A stretch of 32,000 bases of DNA, from the NCBI RefSeq assembly GCF_047555085.1, contig NZ_CP180230.1:930001-962000 (forward strand), read 5' to 3'. Positions 8,773 through 17,832 of the stretch are shown here, in pieces. Source of the stretch: Candidatus Saccharimonadota bacterium. GTDB lineage: Archaea > Nanohalarchaeota > Nanosalinia > Nanosalinales > Nanosalinaceae. The notes under the pieces are model-generated. The model made no database searches, was not told the origin of the DNA, and saw only the letters and a list, made by a program, of their open reading frames with translations. Made by a program: the position numbers and the translations under genes. Each line of letters begins with the position of its first letter. Position 1 is the first letter of the stretch.

Positions 8773-9462
8773 CTAGAAGAGTCCTCCTTCAGATGCCTCA
8801 ACGAGGCCTTCATCAGTTATCTCAAATCGGACTTCCTTCCCCTCAGGAAGAGAACGGTGCTTCGATATACGGGCCTTCCTGACGTTTTTATCGCCCTGTG
8901 AAAGCTTGACAAGGCATTTACTCCAGTACTTTGGAACGTCTCTCCCTACAAGTTCCAGGCCTTCTTCGTCGAAAGATGTGTATACCTGGTTCGTTATCAT
9001 GACCGGGATATTGTGGTTTCTGGCGATTCCTGAAAGTGTTGAGAGCTGCTGTGAAAGCTCCTGATTAACTTCCTGAGCGTTTTCCCCATTAACTTTCAGG
9101 CGGTAAAGAGATACGAGAGAATCAACTACGATAAGATCTATTTCTTTTTCTTCCACCAGATTTTCGAGGCCTTCGATCGTTTCATCCTGCTGTTCGAAGT
9201 CTGTAACGTCTTTCAAGAATATATTGTCAAGTGCTTCCTCTGAAGCTATCTGTATGAATCTTTCTGGAGAGAAAGAGGCCTCTGAGTCGACGTATGCTAC
9301 TTTTCCGCCGTCCATGGCTACCTGTGCTGCTACCTGTATACAGACGTTGGTCTTCCCTGATCCTGACTCGCCGTAAAAATTTGAGATAACTCCTTTCTCC
9401 ACGCCACCGTTTAACAGCGTATCCAGTGGTTCGCAGCCGGTAGATACTCTTTCTACTTCCAC
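8773..9462 (-). CDS. radB: RadB, archaeal RecA-family recombinase paralog
   Basis: 229 aa, with Walker A GESGSGKT and Walker B DLIVVDS. No N-terminal HhH domain is present, so it is RadB-sized rather than RadA. GTG start. Confidence 0.85.
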   Translation of the reverse strand: MEVERVSTGCEPLDTLLNGGVEKGVISNFYGESGSGKTNVCIQVAAQVAMDGGKVAYVDSEASFSPERFIQIASEEALDNIFLKDVTDFEQQDETIEGLENLVEEKEIDLIVVDSLVSLYRLKVNGENAQEVNQELSQQLSTLSGIARNHNIPVMITNQVYTSFDEEGLELVGRDVPKYWSKCLVKLSQGDKNVRKARISKHRSLPEGKEVRFEITDEGLVEASEGGLF

Positions 9463-9560
9463 AGACGAATAAAGTGTTACAACTCTTTTATCCTTAATCA
9501 GTTGATTTTCCGGAAGAGATTCCGAGGCCTTAAATTCAGGTCTCAGTAAAAAAGTCCTGT

Positions 9561-10022
9561 ATGGAGAAGCGGCACATAATCTACGGAGCTGTCTTCGTAG
9601 TAATTTTTGCTCTAGGATCTTTCAATGTGGCGACTGACGGAGAAGTATCTTACATACTGAATAACGGCGAGAAAAATGTTACCCCCGAGATCGATGTGGA
9701 GAATAACTTGACTATAGGCCGGAACCAGACTGGGACCGTAGAGGCCTCTATACAGAACGCTCAGAGAGCTTCTTACACAGCAAGCAGAGAGGGAGTTATA
9801 GGCCCATACGAGATGACTCCCGAGTATGATATCAGTCCCAGGCCTCGAGGTGTTCTTACATCTCTTCCCCCGTACTGGGTCTGGGACAAAGCTGTAGGAC
9901 GTATAGATGTGACTATGGAGTTCAATTCTTCAGGCATAGAAAAAGGAAATTACAGTTACGGCGTTGAGGCCTGGAACAACGAGAGTTACAGTAACGAGAC
10001 TTTCCATGTTGTGGTCGAGTAA
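9561..10022 (+). CDS. Hypothetical membrane-anchored / secreted protein, rich in N-glycosylation sequons
   Basis: N-terminal hydrophobic anchor (IIYGAVFVVIFALGSF). There are seven N-x-S/T sequons in 153 aa. A TATA-like CTTAAATT lies about 28 nt upstream of the ATG. Confidence 0.65.
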   Translation: MEKRHIIYGAVFVVIFALGSFNVATDGEVSYILNNGEKNVTPEIDVENNLTIGRNQTGTVEASIQNAQRASYTASREGVIGPYEMTPEYDISPRPRGVLTSLPPYWVWDKAVGRIDVTMEFNSSGIEKGNYSYGVEAWNNESYSNETFHVVVE

Positions 10023-10058
10023 ATCTTTATTTTCAGGCCTCCTCTCGTCAAAAAGAAT

Positions 10059-10080
10059 TTTTTGTTTACGTAAACAAAAA
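10059..10080. promoter_or_regulatory. Perfect 22-bp palindrome TTTTTGTTTACGTAAACAAAAA upstream of the small-ORF/cdc48 operon
   Basis: Checked base by base: arms 10059-10069 and 10070-10080. It lies 33 nt upstream of ATG 10113. This is a candidate operator or promoter element. A role as a weak AT-rich terminator for the upstream gene cannot be excluded. Confidence 0.45.
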
Positions 10081-10112
10081 TCAATTTAAGTGTTGCTTAT
10101 CAATGATTGATT

Positions 10113-10445
10113 ATGCCAGAGAAAGAGGCTGCGTTGATTACGTACAACACTGAGAGAAAGAATTTTGAGTCCGTTTATGAGCGGAACAAGTTTTACAGAG
10201 GCCTCTTTGGGTATAAGCAGACGGTTCGGAAGAACGGTAAGGAGTACGAGTATGAGAAAGAGGGTTTGATGGATGAGATCCCGCATATGAGGATTGATGA
10301 CAGTGTTTTCATCACTTCCACTAAGTACGTTGAGAAGGTTGAGAGCTATTTCAACGAGTGGGGTGAGAAGGTTTCGAAACACGTGTTCAGAGTAGTACTG
10401 GAGGATTCAGATATTATCGAGAGGATCAAAGGTGATAAACAATGA
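10113..10445 (+). CDS. Small hypothetical protein, translationally coupled to cdc48
   Basis: 110 aa counted from the ATG at 10113 (the ORF track starts at TTG 10107). The stop TGA overlaps the cdc48 ATG (ATGA at 10442-10445). I recognise no family. Confidence 0.6.
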   Translation: MPEKEAALITYNTERKNFESVYERNKFYRGLFGYKQTVRKNGKEYEYEKEGLMDEIPHMRIDDSVFITSTKYVEKVESYFNEWGEKVSKHVFRVVLEDSDIIERIKGDKQ

Positions 10446-12721
10446 CAGATGAAAATTCAGTGAAGCTGCGTGTTGGGGAAGTACCTCCTAACGCCCAGCA
10501 GGACATCGGAAAAGGTATTGTCAGAATTGACAGCAAAATCATGGAAGAGATTGACGTCCGTGAAGGAGAGGCCGTTGTAATCGAGGGAGATCGTGAGACA
10601 GCAGGAAGAGTTGCCAGAAGCTATCCTGCGGACAAAGGCCTCGGTATAGCACGGATGGATGGATACATGCGAAAGAATGCAGGCACAAGCCTGGGAGAAA
10701 ACGTCTCCGTGAGAAAGGCAGACATCCAGAAGGCTGAGGAGATCACTCTTGCTCCTGCCGAGAAAGGCGTCATGATGCAGGTTTCGAATCCGAATATCTT
10801 CAAGAAAGGACTGGCCAATCGTGCAGTTATGCAGGGAGATATCGTCGTACCAGGAAGTGATCGGGACAGGCCTCAGGGAATGTTCGACGACATGCCATTC
10901 GACTTCGATATGGACAAGTTCGCATTCAGTTTCGGCGGCGATACAAAACTGATGATTGTAAAGACAAAGCCGAAAGGCCCTGTACAGATAACTAGAGACA
11001 CAGAGATCAAGGTAAAGAAGCAGGCAGTCGACGAGCAGGAGCAGCAGCGTGTCAAAGTTCCGGACGTAACGTACGAGGACATTGGAGGCCTGGATGAAGA
11101 AGTTCAGAAAGTTAGAGAGATGATCGAACTACCTCTAAAACACCCTGAAGTCTTCCAGCAGCTTGGAATCGACGCACCATCAGGAGTACTACTCCAAGGA
11201 CCGCCAGGAACAGGTAAGACACTCCTGGCAAAAGCAGTAGCCAACGAATCGAACGCTACTTTCCTTTCTATCGATGGCCCGGAGATCATGTCAAAGTACT
11301 ACGGAGAATCAGAGAAACAGCTCCGTGAAAAATTCGAAGAGGCCCGCGACGATGCTCCAGCAATAATATTCATCGACGAAATCGATGCCATCGCTCCAAA
11401 GAGAGATGATACGGGAGGAGAAGTAGAAAGACGTGTTGTAGCACAGCTACTCTCAGAGATGGATGGTCTGGAAGCAAGAGAGAACGTCATCGTTATAGCA
11501 GCTACAAATAGAGCAAACGCCATCGATCCAGCATTGAGGAGAGGAGGACGTTTCGACAGAGAGATAGAGATCGGAGTTCCAAACAGAGATGGAAGGAAAG
11601 AAATTCTCCAGATCCATACACGAAACATGCCTCTTGCAGACGACGTAGATCTCAATGAGCTTGCAGATAAGACTCACGGCTACGTGGGAGCTGATCTCGA
11701 GACTTTATGCAAAGAGGCCGCGATGTACGTCCTCAGAGAGGTGCTTCCTGAGATAGATCTGGACGAGGAGATTCCTAGTGAAGTGCTTGAAGACCTGATA
11801 ATCGACAGAGATGCTATGATAAAAGGCATGAGAACTGTAGAGCCTTCACAGATGCGTGAAGTCATGGTGGAAGTACCACAGGTCACCTGGGATCAGATAG
11901 GAGGCCTCAACGAGACAAAGGAACGACTTCAGGAAATGGTAGAATGGCCACAGGAATATCCAGAAAGATTCGAGAGAATGGGCATAGAAGTACCGAAAGG
12001 AATCCTTCTATACGGACTTCCTGGAACAGGAAAGACACTCCTGGCAAAAGCAGTAGCCAACGAATCCAACTCGAACTTCATCTCAGTTAAAGGCCCGGAA
12101 CTACTTTCCAAGTACGTTGGAGAATCAGAGAGCGCCGTAAGAGAAGTATTCAAGAAGGCTAGACAGGTAGCGCCGTGCGTACTGTTCATCGACGAGATAG
12201 ACTCTATCGCTCCACGCAGAGGATCCAGAAGTTCGGACTCCGGTGTAGGAGACAGAGTTGTGAATCAGTTGCTGACTGAGCTGGATGGAATAGAAAGCCT
12301 TGAAGGAGTTACTGTCATTGCGGCGACGAACAGGCCTGATATGATTGATCCTGCAATCATGAGGCCTGGAAGGATCGACAGGAATGTTGAAGTGGATGTT
12401 CCGGATGTAGAGGCCCGGAGAAAAATTTTCGAGGTCCATACGAGAGATATGCCTCTGGCCGATAATGTTGATCTTGATGAGCTTGCTGAGGAGACTGATG
12501 GCTTCGTCGGCTCTGATATCGAATCAGTGTGTAGAGAGGCTGGCATGGATGCTCTTCGAGCCGATGGCGATGCATCAGAAGTCACAATGGATGACTTCGA
12601 AAGCGCGATAGACGATGTGAAGCCTACAGCTACGGAGGAGAATCTAGAGCGCTACAGATCGATGATGAAGAAGATGCAGGATATAGAGCAGAGCGAAGAG
12701 ACTCCTGATTACTTCGGATAA
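10442..12721 (+). CDS. cdc48: Cdc48/VCP-type AAA+ ATPase (two AAA domains)
   Basis: 759 aa. It has an N-terminal double-psi-barrel-like domain, Walker A GPPGTGKT and GLPGTGKT, Walker B IIFIDEID and VLFIDEID, and second-region-of-homology arginines. Confidence 0.95.
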   Translation: MTDENSVKLRVGEVPPNAQQDIGKGIVRIDSKIMEEIDVREGEAVVIEGDRETAGRVARSYPADKGLGIARMDGYMRKNAGTSLGENVSVRKADIQKAEEITLAPAEKGVMMQVSNPNIFKKGLANRAVMQGDIVVPGSDRDRPQGMFDDMPFDFDMDKFAFSFGGDTKLMIVKTKPKGPVQITRDTEIKVKKQAVDEQEQQRVKVPDVTYEDIGGLDEEVQKVREMIELPLKHPEVFQQLGIDAPSGVLLQGPPGTGKTLLAKAVANESNATFLSIDGPEIMSKYYGESEKQLREKFEEARDDAPAIIFIDEIDAIAPKRDDTGGEVERRVVAQLLSEMDGLEARENVIVIAATNRANAIDPALRRGGRFDREIEIGVPNRDGRKEILQIHTRNMPLADDVDLNELADKTHGYVGADLETLCKEAAMYVLREVLPEIDLDEEIPSEVLEDLIIDRDAMIKGMRTVEPSQMREVMVEVPQVTWDQIGGLNETKERLQEMVEWPQEYPERFERMGIEVPKGILLYGLPGTGKTLLAKAVANESNSNFISVKGPELLSKYVGESESAVREVFKKARQVAPCVLFIDEIDSIAPRRGSRSSDSGVGDRVVNQLLTELDGIESLEGVTVIAATNRPDMIDPAIMRPGRIDRNVEVDVPDVEARRKIFEVHTRDMPLADNVDLDELAEETDGFVGSDIESVCREAGMDALRADGDASEVTMDDFESAIDDVKPTATEENLERYRSMMKKMQDIEQSEETPDYFG

Positions 12722-12726
12722 ATTTG

Positions 12727-12751
12727 CAGGGAGGACGTGGTTCCCTCCCTG
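12727..12751 (+). terminator. GC-rich hairpin (8-bp stem CAGGGAGG/CCTCCCTG, 9-nt loop) 6 nt after the cdc48 stop
   Basis: The inverted repeat was verified by pairing 12727-12734 with 12744-12751. It is followed by T-containing sequence (CTTCTGTTTATT). Confidence 0.45.
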
Positions 12752-12793
12752 TAACCCTTCTGTTTATTAACAGTAAAATGTTCTAAACTATGT

Positions 12794-13765
12794 ATGTCGG
12801 ATAGTCACGAGTGTAGTATCTGTGGAGAGGAATTTGATTCTGAAAGAGGCCTGAAAATTCACAAGGGACAGAAGCACCCTGATGAGAAAGAAGAGGCCTC
12901 CACAGAAGATGTTTCAAATGATGAAAATGAAGGCGAAGAAGCAGCGGAAAACTCAGTTGATAATGATAATTCAGAAAGTACGGGTGGAGATACTGTCGAT
13001 CTTAGTTTCTCTGTGCGACAGGCCATAACTGTGGCCTTTGCTTTAGGCCTTTTTGTTGGGTTCACAGGAGGTTTCGTCACTTCCTCCATTACTCCCGGGC
13101 CAGAGGCCTCTCCTTCCGGAGATACAGGGGATTCTGGAAGTCAGCTTGAGAAAGTTGACATCGGTAATATCAGTTTCGAGGATGAGCCAAGTCTTGGAGA
13201 GGCTGATGCGCCGATAAAAGTCGTTGAGTACACTGACTTTGGATGTCCGTACTGCGCGGAGTGGAACGGTTACGATGCAAGTCCTCGGCTTCCTATTGAC
13301 ACGCAGCAGAATCATCAGAAGCTGAAGGAACAGTACATTGAAACCGGTCAAGTGGAACTGATTATGAAGGATTACCCTGTTCCAAACCTGCATCCTAATG
13401 CGATCAGGGCGCATGCAGCAGCTAACTGTGTATATGATCAGAGCGAGGAAAGATACTGGGATTATGCGGCTGAACTTTTCGACCGCAGAGATACCTGGAT
13501 GGCAGGAGGACAGAACCGTACAACAGAAACATTCAACGATATAGCCTCTGGAATGCAGGAGATAGACAACGAAGAATTCACCCAGTGTTACCTGTCAACC
13601 GACGGATCTGAAATGGCAGAGGACAAGAACAATGCCATAAGAAATATCGGCAGACTTGGCACACCGACATTCCTCGTAGGAAACCAGGAAAACGGCTTCG
13701 TGAAGATTTCCGGCGCCCAGCCGCTTTCAAACTTCGAAAAGGCCTTTGAGCAGATCCAGAGCTGA
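12794..13765 (+). CDS. Fusion protein: N-terminal C2H2 zinc finger, acidic linker, TM helix, extracytoplasmic DsbA-like thioredoxin domain
   Basis: C-x2-C-x12-H-x4-H (ECSICGEEFDSERGLKIHKGQKH), TM segment AITVAFALGLFVGFTGGFVTSSI, and a DsbA-type segment KVVEYTDFGCPYCAEW with ...GTPTFLV. Confidence 0.8.
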   Translation: MSDSHECSICGEEFDSERGLKIHKGQKHPDEKEEASTEDVSNDENEGEEAAENSVDNDNSESTGGDTVDLSFSVRQAITVAFALGLFVGFTGGFVTSSITPGPEASPSGDTGDSGSQLEKVDIGNISFEDEPSLGEADAPIKVVEYTDFGCPYCAEWNGYDASPRLPIDTQQNHQKLKEQYIETGQVELIMKDYPVPNLHPNAIRAHAAANCVYDQSEERYWDYAAELFDRRDTWMAGGQNRTTETFNDIASGMQEIDNEEFTQCYLSTDGSEMAEDKNNAIRNIGRLGTPTFLVGNQENGFVKISGAQPLSNFEKAFEQIQS

Positions 13766-13767
13766 AC

Positions 13768-13779
13768 TTGAGGCCTCAA
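13768..13779. repeat. 12-bp perfect palindrome TTGAGGCCTCAA (an extended AGGCCT site) in the DsbA / membrane-protein spacer
   Basis: Verified base by base. It starts 3 nt after the stop of 12794..13765. Confidence 0.6.
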
Positions 13780-13806
13780 AAAACATTTTTCACCTCTATT
13801 TTTATT

Positions 13807-14313
13807 ATGAATGAAAGACTGGAAAAATTCCGGGAAAGCCTTTTCCATCCTTTCAGAAGCTTTTCTACAGGCATCTCGGCGTTGTTTTTCACAGGATTTT
13901 TCTTCTTGTTCAGCCTTCTGAGCTCACAGCCAGAGTTCTCGATGCAGATGATTTCATCCGGGATAAGCAACTGGATTCCTGCAGTACAGATAAGATTAGG
14001 AGGCCTGATCGCAACATCTGGATACACCGGACTCATACTTACAGGCCTTTTCAGTGCTCTGGCAGCTATCCTACTTGTGAACACCGTATTAGAGCTCAGG
14101 TACAGAAACGTGAACAAGAATATAGTAGGGATACTGCCCGGATTTCTTGCCGCCGGATGCGCATCATGCGGAGTAGGCCTCCTCACATTTCTGGGATTCG
14201 GAGGCGTACTGGCTTTACTGCCTTATCAGGGAAATCTCCTGCGTCTTGGAGCAGTTATACTGCTTGTAGGCCTCATAAATAGAAATGGCGTTCCCGGACA
14301 ATGCAAGGCCTAG
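13807..14313 (+). CDS. Polytopic membrane protein with an intramembrane CxxC (CASC)
   Basis: About 4 hydrophobic helices, with the motif GFLAAGCASCGVGLLTFLGFGG. I prefer the ATG at 13807; the ORF track starts at TTG 13768. Confidence 0.6.
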   Translation: MNERLEKFRESLFHPFRSFSTGISALFFTGFFFLFSLLSSQPEFSMQMISSGISNWIPAVQIRLGGLIATSGYTGLILTGLFSALAAILLVNTVLELRYRNVNKNIVGILPGFLAAGCASCGVGLLTFLGFGGVLALLPYQGNLLRLGAVILLVGLINRNGVPGQCKA

Positions 14314-15198
14314 CTATCTTCTGGTAGTTACTTTTTTCCCGTCCTCAGTCAAGACAACTGTATGTTCTGCCTGGACTACTGTTCCGCCGTTTACTTCGTT
14401 CAGTACAGGGTATGAATGCACTATCCCTCCATCAACTAATTTTTTCATTGCCATGCGTTTTCTGGCCCCGAAATCATCAAACCATCTTGGTGTAAACGGC
14501 AATCCATTGAACTCTTTGATCCTGTTAAGCAGTTCTCTCTCTACACGGCCTCTAACGTTTCTTTCATTTTCAATTTTGTAGATGTTGCCCTGTGCGCCGT
14601 TTTTGATCCGTCCAGAGCCGTCTGTAAGGAAAGGCTCTATAGCAAAAGCATCTCCAACTTCAAAGACGTGATCAGAGTCATTGGAAAAGTTAGGTATCGA
14701 TACACCAGCGTGTTGCTCATACTTGCCGATATAGTGCCCTGTAAGATTCCTAACTACCTCATACTCCTGTGGAATCTGATCTTCAACAAAATTTCCAAGC
14801 TCCCCGACAGTTTTACCTGGCTCAACAAAGTCCAGGGCTTTTTCAAGAACCTGCTCGACCGCATCGATCATTTCCTGATGCTGGCCTGAAGGATTAACAG
14901 TCAAAGCAGTATCAGCGATATAACCATCTGAATGTGCCCCTATATCGATTTTTACAACGTCGTCTTCTTTCAGGACTCTGTTTTCTTTAACTCCTGGAGT
15001 GTAGTGTGCTGCAGAATCATCTATAGAGATATTTACAGGGAAAGCTGGCTCAAGGCCTTCTTCACGTATCAGGCCTTCAACTTCTTCAGCTATAATTTTT
15101 ATATTGGTGCCTGGCTCTGCAGCTTTGCGGGCCTTTTTCCTTGCTTTCTGTATTACTTCGCCCGCTCTGATGTAGTTTTCAAGTTTCTCCTCGTTCAT
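14314..15198 (-). CDS. map: Methionine aminopeptidase, type 2 (archaeal)
   Basis: Metal-ligand regions DIGAHSDGYIADTA, GHYIG, FAIEPF and AEHTVVL. The true start is taken as MNEEKLENY (ATG at 15198), because the upstream 41 codons are basic and overlap the malic enzyme gene. Confidence 0.9.
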   Translation of the reverse strand: MNEEKLENYIRAGEVIQKARKKARKAAEPGTNIKIIAEEVEGLIREEGLEPAFPVNISIDDSAAHYTPGVKENRVLKEDDVVKIDIGAHSDGYIADTALTVNPSGQHQEMIDAVEQVLEKALDFVEPGKTVGELGNFVEDQIPQEYEVVRNLTGHYIGKYEQHAGVSIPNFSNDSDHVFEVGDAFAIEPFLTDGSGRIKNGAQGNIYKIENERNVRGRVERELLNRIKEFNGLPFTPRWFDDFGARKRMAMKKLVDGGIVHSYPVLNEVNGGTVVQAEHTVVLTEDGKKVTTRR

Positions 15199-15229
15199 AG
15201 AGAAAAAAGAGAAGTGAAAACTGAAAAAC

Positions 15230-16387
15230 CTATTCTCTGGCAACTTTGCTTTCTCTGGCAGCCTCCTTGACTTTCTCCGCAATCTCCATTGCAAGCTCCC
15301 TATCCAGAGTGTCAGGCACAATCCTGTCTTCTTCTGGCTCGATAAATTCTCTTATAGCCTCTGAAGCAGCTATCTTCATCTCTTCATTTATATCTGAGGC
15401 CTTTACATCAAGTGCTCCTCTGAAGACTCCAGGGAATGCCAGCGAGTTGTTCACCTGATTATCGAAGTCGCTTCTGCCTGTTGCAGTGATGAATGCTCCG
15501 GCTTCTCTAGCTTCTTCCGGCAGAATTTCAGGATCAGGATTTGCCAGTGCAAAGACTATTGGATCATCCGCCATAGACTCTACCATGTCCTTGGAAACTA
15601 TTCCCGGAGCTGAAAGGCCTATGAATACGTCCGCATTTTCCATTGCATCGGAAAGATCTCCCTGTTCCTCAGAGGCCAGAGTTCTTTCCGCCAGGCCTGC
15701 CTTGTACTCGTTCTGATCGTCTGTTCTGAGGATGCCGGAAGAGTCTACAGGGACAATGTTTTCTGCACCTGCATCGAGCAGGAATTTTGCCACTGCGATA
15801 CCCGAGGCTCCTGCACCAGATATTGCGATCCGTGCATCTTCAAGGTCTTTTCTGGCAAGATCAAGCGCATTCCTTACAGCAGCACCGACGACTATTGCAG
15901 TGCCGTGTTGATCGTCGTGGAAAACCGGGACGTCAAGAGATTTTTTCAGAGTCTCTTCTACACGGAAACAGCGTGGAGCCTTGATATCCTCAAGATTTAC
16001 TGCACCAAAAGTCGGCTCCAGGGCCTCAACATGCTCTACAATATCACCTGCAGTTTCCGCATCAAGACATACAGGGAATCCGTCAACACCGCCGAATTTT
16101 TTCATCAAGTTGGCTTTTCCTTCCATCACAGGCATAGAGGCCTCTGGACCTATATCGCCCAGTCCAAGGACTGCGGAGCCGTCAGAAACTATAGCCACAA
16201 GATTTCCTTTTGAAGTATAATTATAGGCCTCTTCATTGTCTTGAGATATTTCTTTACACGGCTCTGCGACTCCAGGAGTGTATACGAGATTCAGATCCTC
16301 TTTTCCATCTATCTTTACTGAAGGTTCTACAGATATTTTTCCAGGGTTTTTACTGTGAAGTTCCAGTGCTTCTTCTCTGTCAACCAT
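15230..16387 (-). CDS. NAD(P)-dependent malic enzyme (short form)
   Basis: Contains YTPGVA, GLGDIGP, the dinucleotide fold ISGAGASGIA, and FALANPDPE. The start is taken as MVDREEALELH (ATG at 16387), because the upstream 41 codons are basic and unlike the rest of the proteome. Confidence 0.9.
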   Translation of the reverse strand: MVDREEALELHSKNPGKISVEPSVKIDGKEDLNLVYTPGVAEPCKEISQDNEEAYNYTSKGNLVAIVSDGSAVLGLGDIGPEASMPVMEGKANLMKKFGGVDGFPVCLDAETAGDIVEHVEALEPTFGAVNLEDIKAPRCFRVEETLKKSLDVPVFHDDQHGTAIVVGAAVRNALDLARKDLEDARIAISGAGASGIAVAKFLLDAGAENIVPVDSSGILRTDDQNEYKAGLAERTLASEEQGDLSDAMENADVFIGLSAPGIVSKDMVESMADDPIVFALANPDPEILPEEAREAGAFITATGRSDFDNQVNNSLAFPGVFRGALDVKASDINEEMKIAASEAIREFIEPEEDRIVPDTLDRELAMEIAEKVKEAARESKVARE

Positions 16388-16553
16388 AGTTTGATTCTTG
16401 GTGCAGAACTCCTTAATTCTTTTTCCAAAACCCGATCTAACAGAATTGAACAGGGAAAACTGGCGAAGGAGGCCTGTAGAGGATTTTACAGTCCGCAGAT
16501 AAACGTTCATTCAGAGGCCTGATTTAAAATCCTTCGGAGACGAATAGGCATGT

Positions 16554-17408
16554 ATGAGAAAGGCTTTACTAATCATCTTGTTCGCTGTAACATTTTTCAC
16601 CGTAGCAGGAGCTGGACAGCCACAGATAGATCAGACGGAAAGCGGCGCGGATCCCGGACTTATGCCGGGGAACTTTCTCTATGGACTGGAAAAGTTCGTG
16701 GAGGATCTTGAAGTCCGCATAGCCGGTGCTGTAGGAGGCCCGGATATGAAGTCCAAGGCTCTGGCGAACAATGCGGAGGAGAGGCTTGCAGAGGCCAATG
16801 CTCTGGCCGACAGGAACAGGAGCGAGGAGGCCTCAGAGATGGTACAGGCCTATTCAGATACTCTCAACAGATCAAGAAGTATAGCTGCCGGAAACAACAA
16901 TACCGATCTAACAGAGCAACTCGATAATATTTCAAGGAGAAATACTCAGAAACTGGAGGAAGTGAAGAATAAAGTTCCGGAACAGGCCAGAGCCGCCATC
17001 CAGAAAGCTATAGATAAGTCTCGAAATCCCGGGAAAACAGGGAGGCCTGAGAGCCCTGGTAAAAGCGGAGAAGTGAACTCCAGAGGATCAGATACCGGAA
17101 ATGTTACCGGCACACCAGCGAACAATGATAGAATGGCAAAATCACCCGGGAAAGATTCGATACCAGGAAACATGAGTAATCCCGGAAGTAATGCTCCAGA
17201 TAGAGAAGTCAGGCCTGAAAGACAGAATGATTCGCCTGTAGGAGGCGCGAACACCAGTGTTTCAGAAAACATCGGAAATGATGATAACATAGGAAATCCT
17301 GCCGACAGGCCTGATAACTCGATTAATGAGAATGAGAGAAGTGCAGGAAAAGATACCGGAGAGTTATCTGGAAAATCTAATGAGATAGACAGGCCTGGAA
17401 GGCCTTGA
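16554..17408 (+). CDS. Secreted protein: signal peptide, DUF5667-like helical domain, and a low-complexity N/P/G/S-rich tail
   Basis: Signal-like N-terminus MRKALLIILFAVTFFTVAGAG. The PGNFLYGLEKFVEDLEV segment resembles DUF5667. The tail contains repeated R-P and PGK motifs and many N-x-S/T sequons. Confidence 0.65.
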   Translation: MRKALLIILFAVTFFTVAGAGQPQIDQTESGADPGLMPGNFLYGLEKFVEDLEVRIAGAVGGPDMKSKALANNAEERLAEANALADRNRSEEASEMVQAYSDTLNRSRSIAAGNNNTDLTEQLDNISRRNTQKLEEVKNKVPEQARAAIQKAIDKSRNPGKTGRPESPGKSGEVNSRGSDTGNVTGTPANNDRMAKSPGKDSIPGNMSNPGSNAPDREVRPERQNDSPVGGANTSVSENIGNDDNIGNPADRPDNSINENERSAGKDTGELSGKSNEIDRPGRP

Positions 17409-17448
17409 ATCGGAGTATTTTTTATCTGTGGAGGCCTAGAGAATTGTT

Positions 17449-17832
17449 ATGGCAGTTCCTTTTCCCGAAGCCGAGTTTGAGATTCTTATCTATATGCTTC
17501 TGGGAGCATTTATCGCTTTGAGTTTTGCAGCAGGCCTGTATATCTGGAAGCTTCAGAAGTTTCTTGACGAGGAGTACTACAGTGATGACGAGTCCGAAGA
17601 TCTCAGGGTTGATAATATAGGTCTTTCAAGGCGTGCAGAGGAGATAATTGATGCCGTCCTGGATGAGCCTATGCTTCAGAGTGAGTTGCCTGATGAGATC
17701 GGTGTATCAAAGGCTACTGTGAGTAATGCTGTCTCCGAGCTTTTCGAGAGAGGTCTTGTGATAAAGAAGAAAAAGGCGAATACCTATCTGATTGAACCTG
17801 ATATCGATGAGCTTGAGAAGCAGCAGAGATGA
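17449..17832 (+). CDS. Membrane-anchored winged-helix transcription regulator (MarR/TrmB-like wHTH)
   Basis: N-terminal TM segment (ILIYMLLGAFIALSFAAGLYIW) followed by a wHTH-like segment, LQSELPDEIGVSKATVSNAVSELFERGLVIKKK. Confidence 0.65.
   Translation: MAVPFPEAEFEILIYMLLGAFIALSFAAGLYIWKLQKFLDEEYYSDDESEDLRVDNIGLSRRAEEIIDAVLDEPMLQSELPDEIGVSKATVSNAVSELFERGLVIKKKKANTYLIEPDIDELEKQQR

Noticed and set aside
15199-15321. N-terminal extensions given by the ORF track for map (to 15321) and malic enzyme (to 16510).
   Set aside because: The extra 41 codons in each are basic or hydrophobic and do not resemble the enzyme families. The map extension overlaps the malic enzyme 3' end. Internal ATGs give canonical N-termini (MNEEKLENY and MVDREEALELH).
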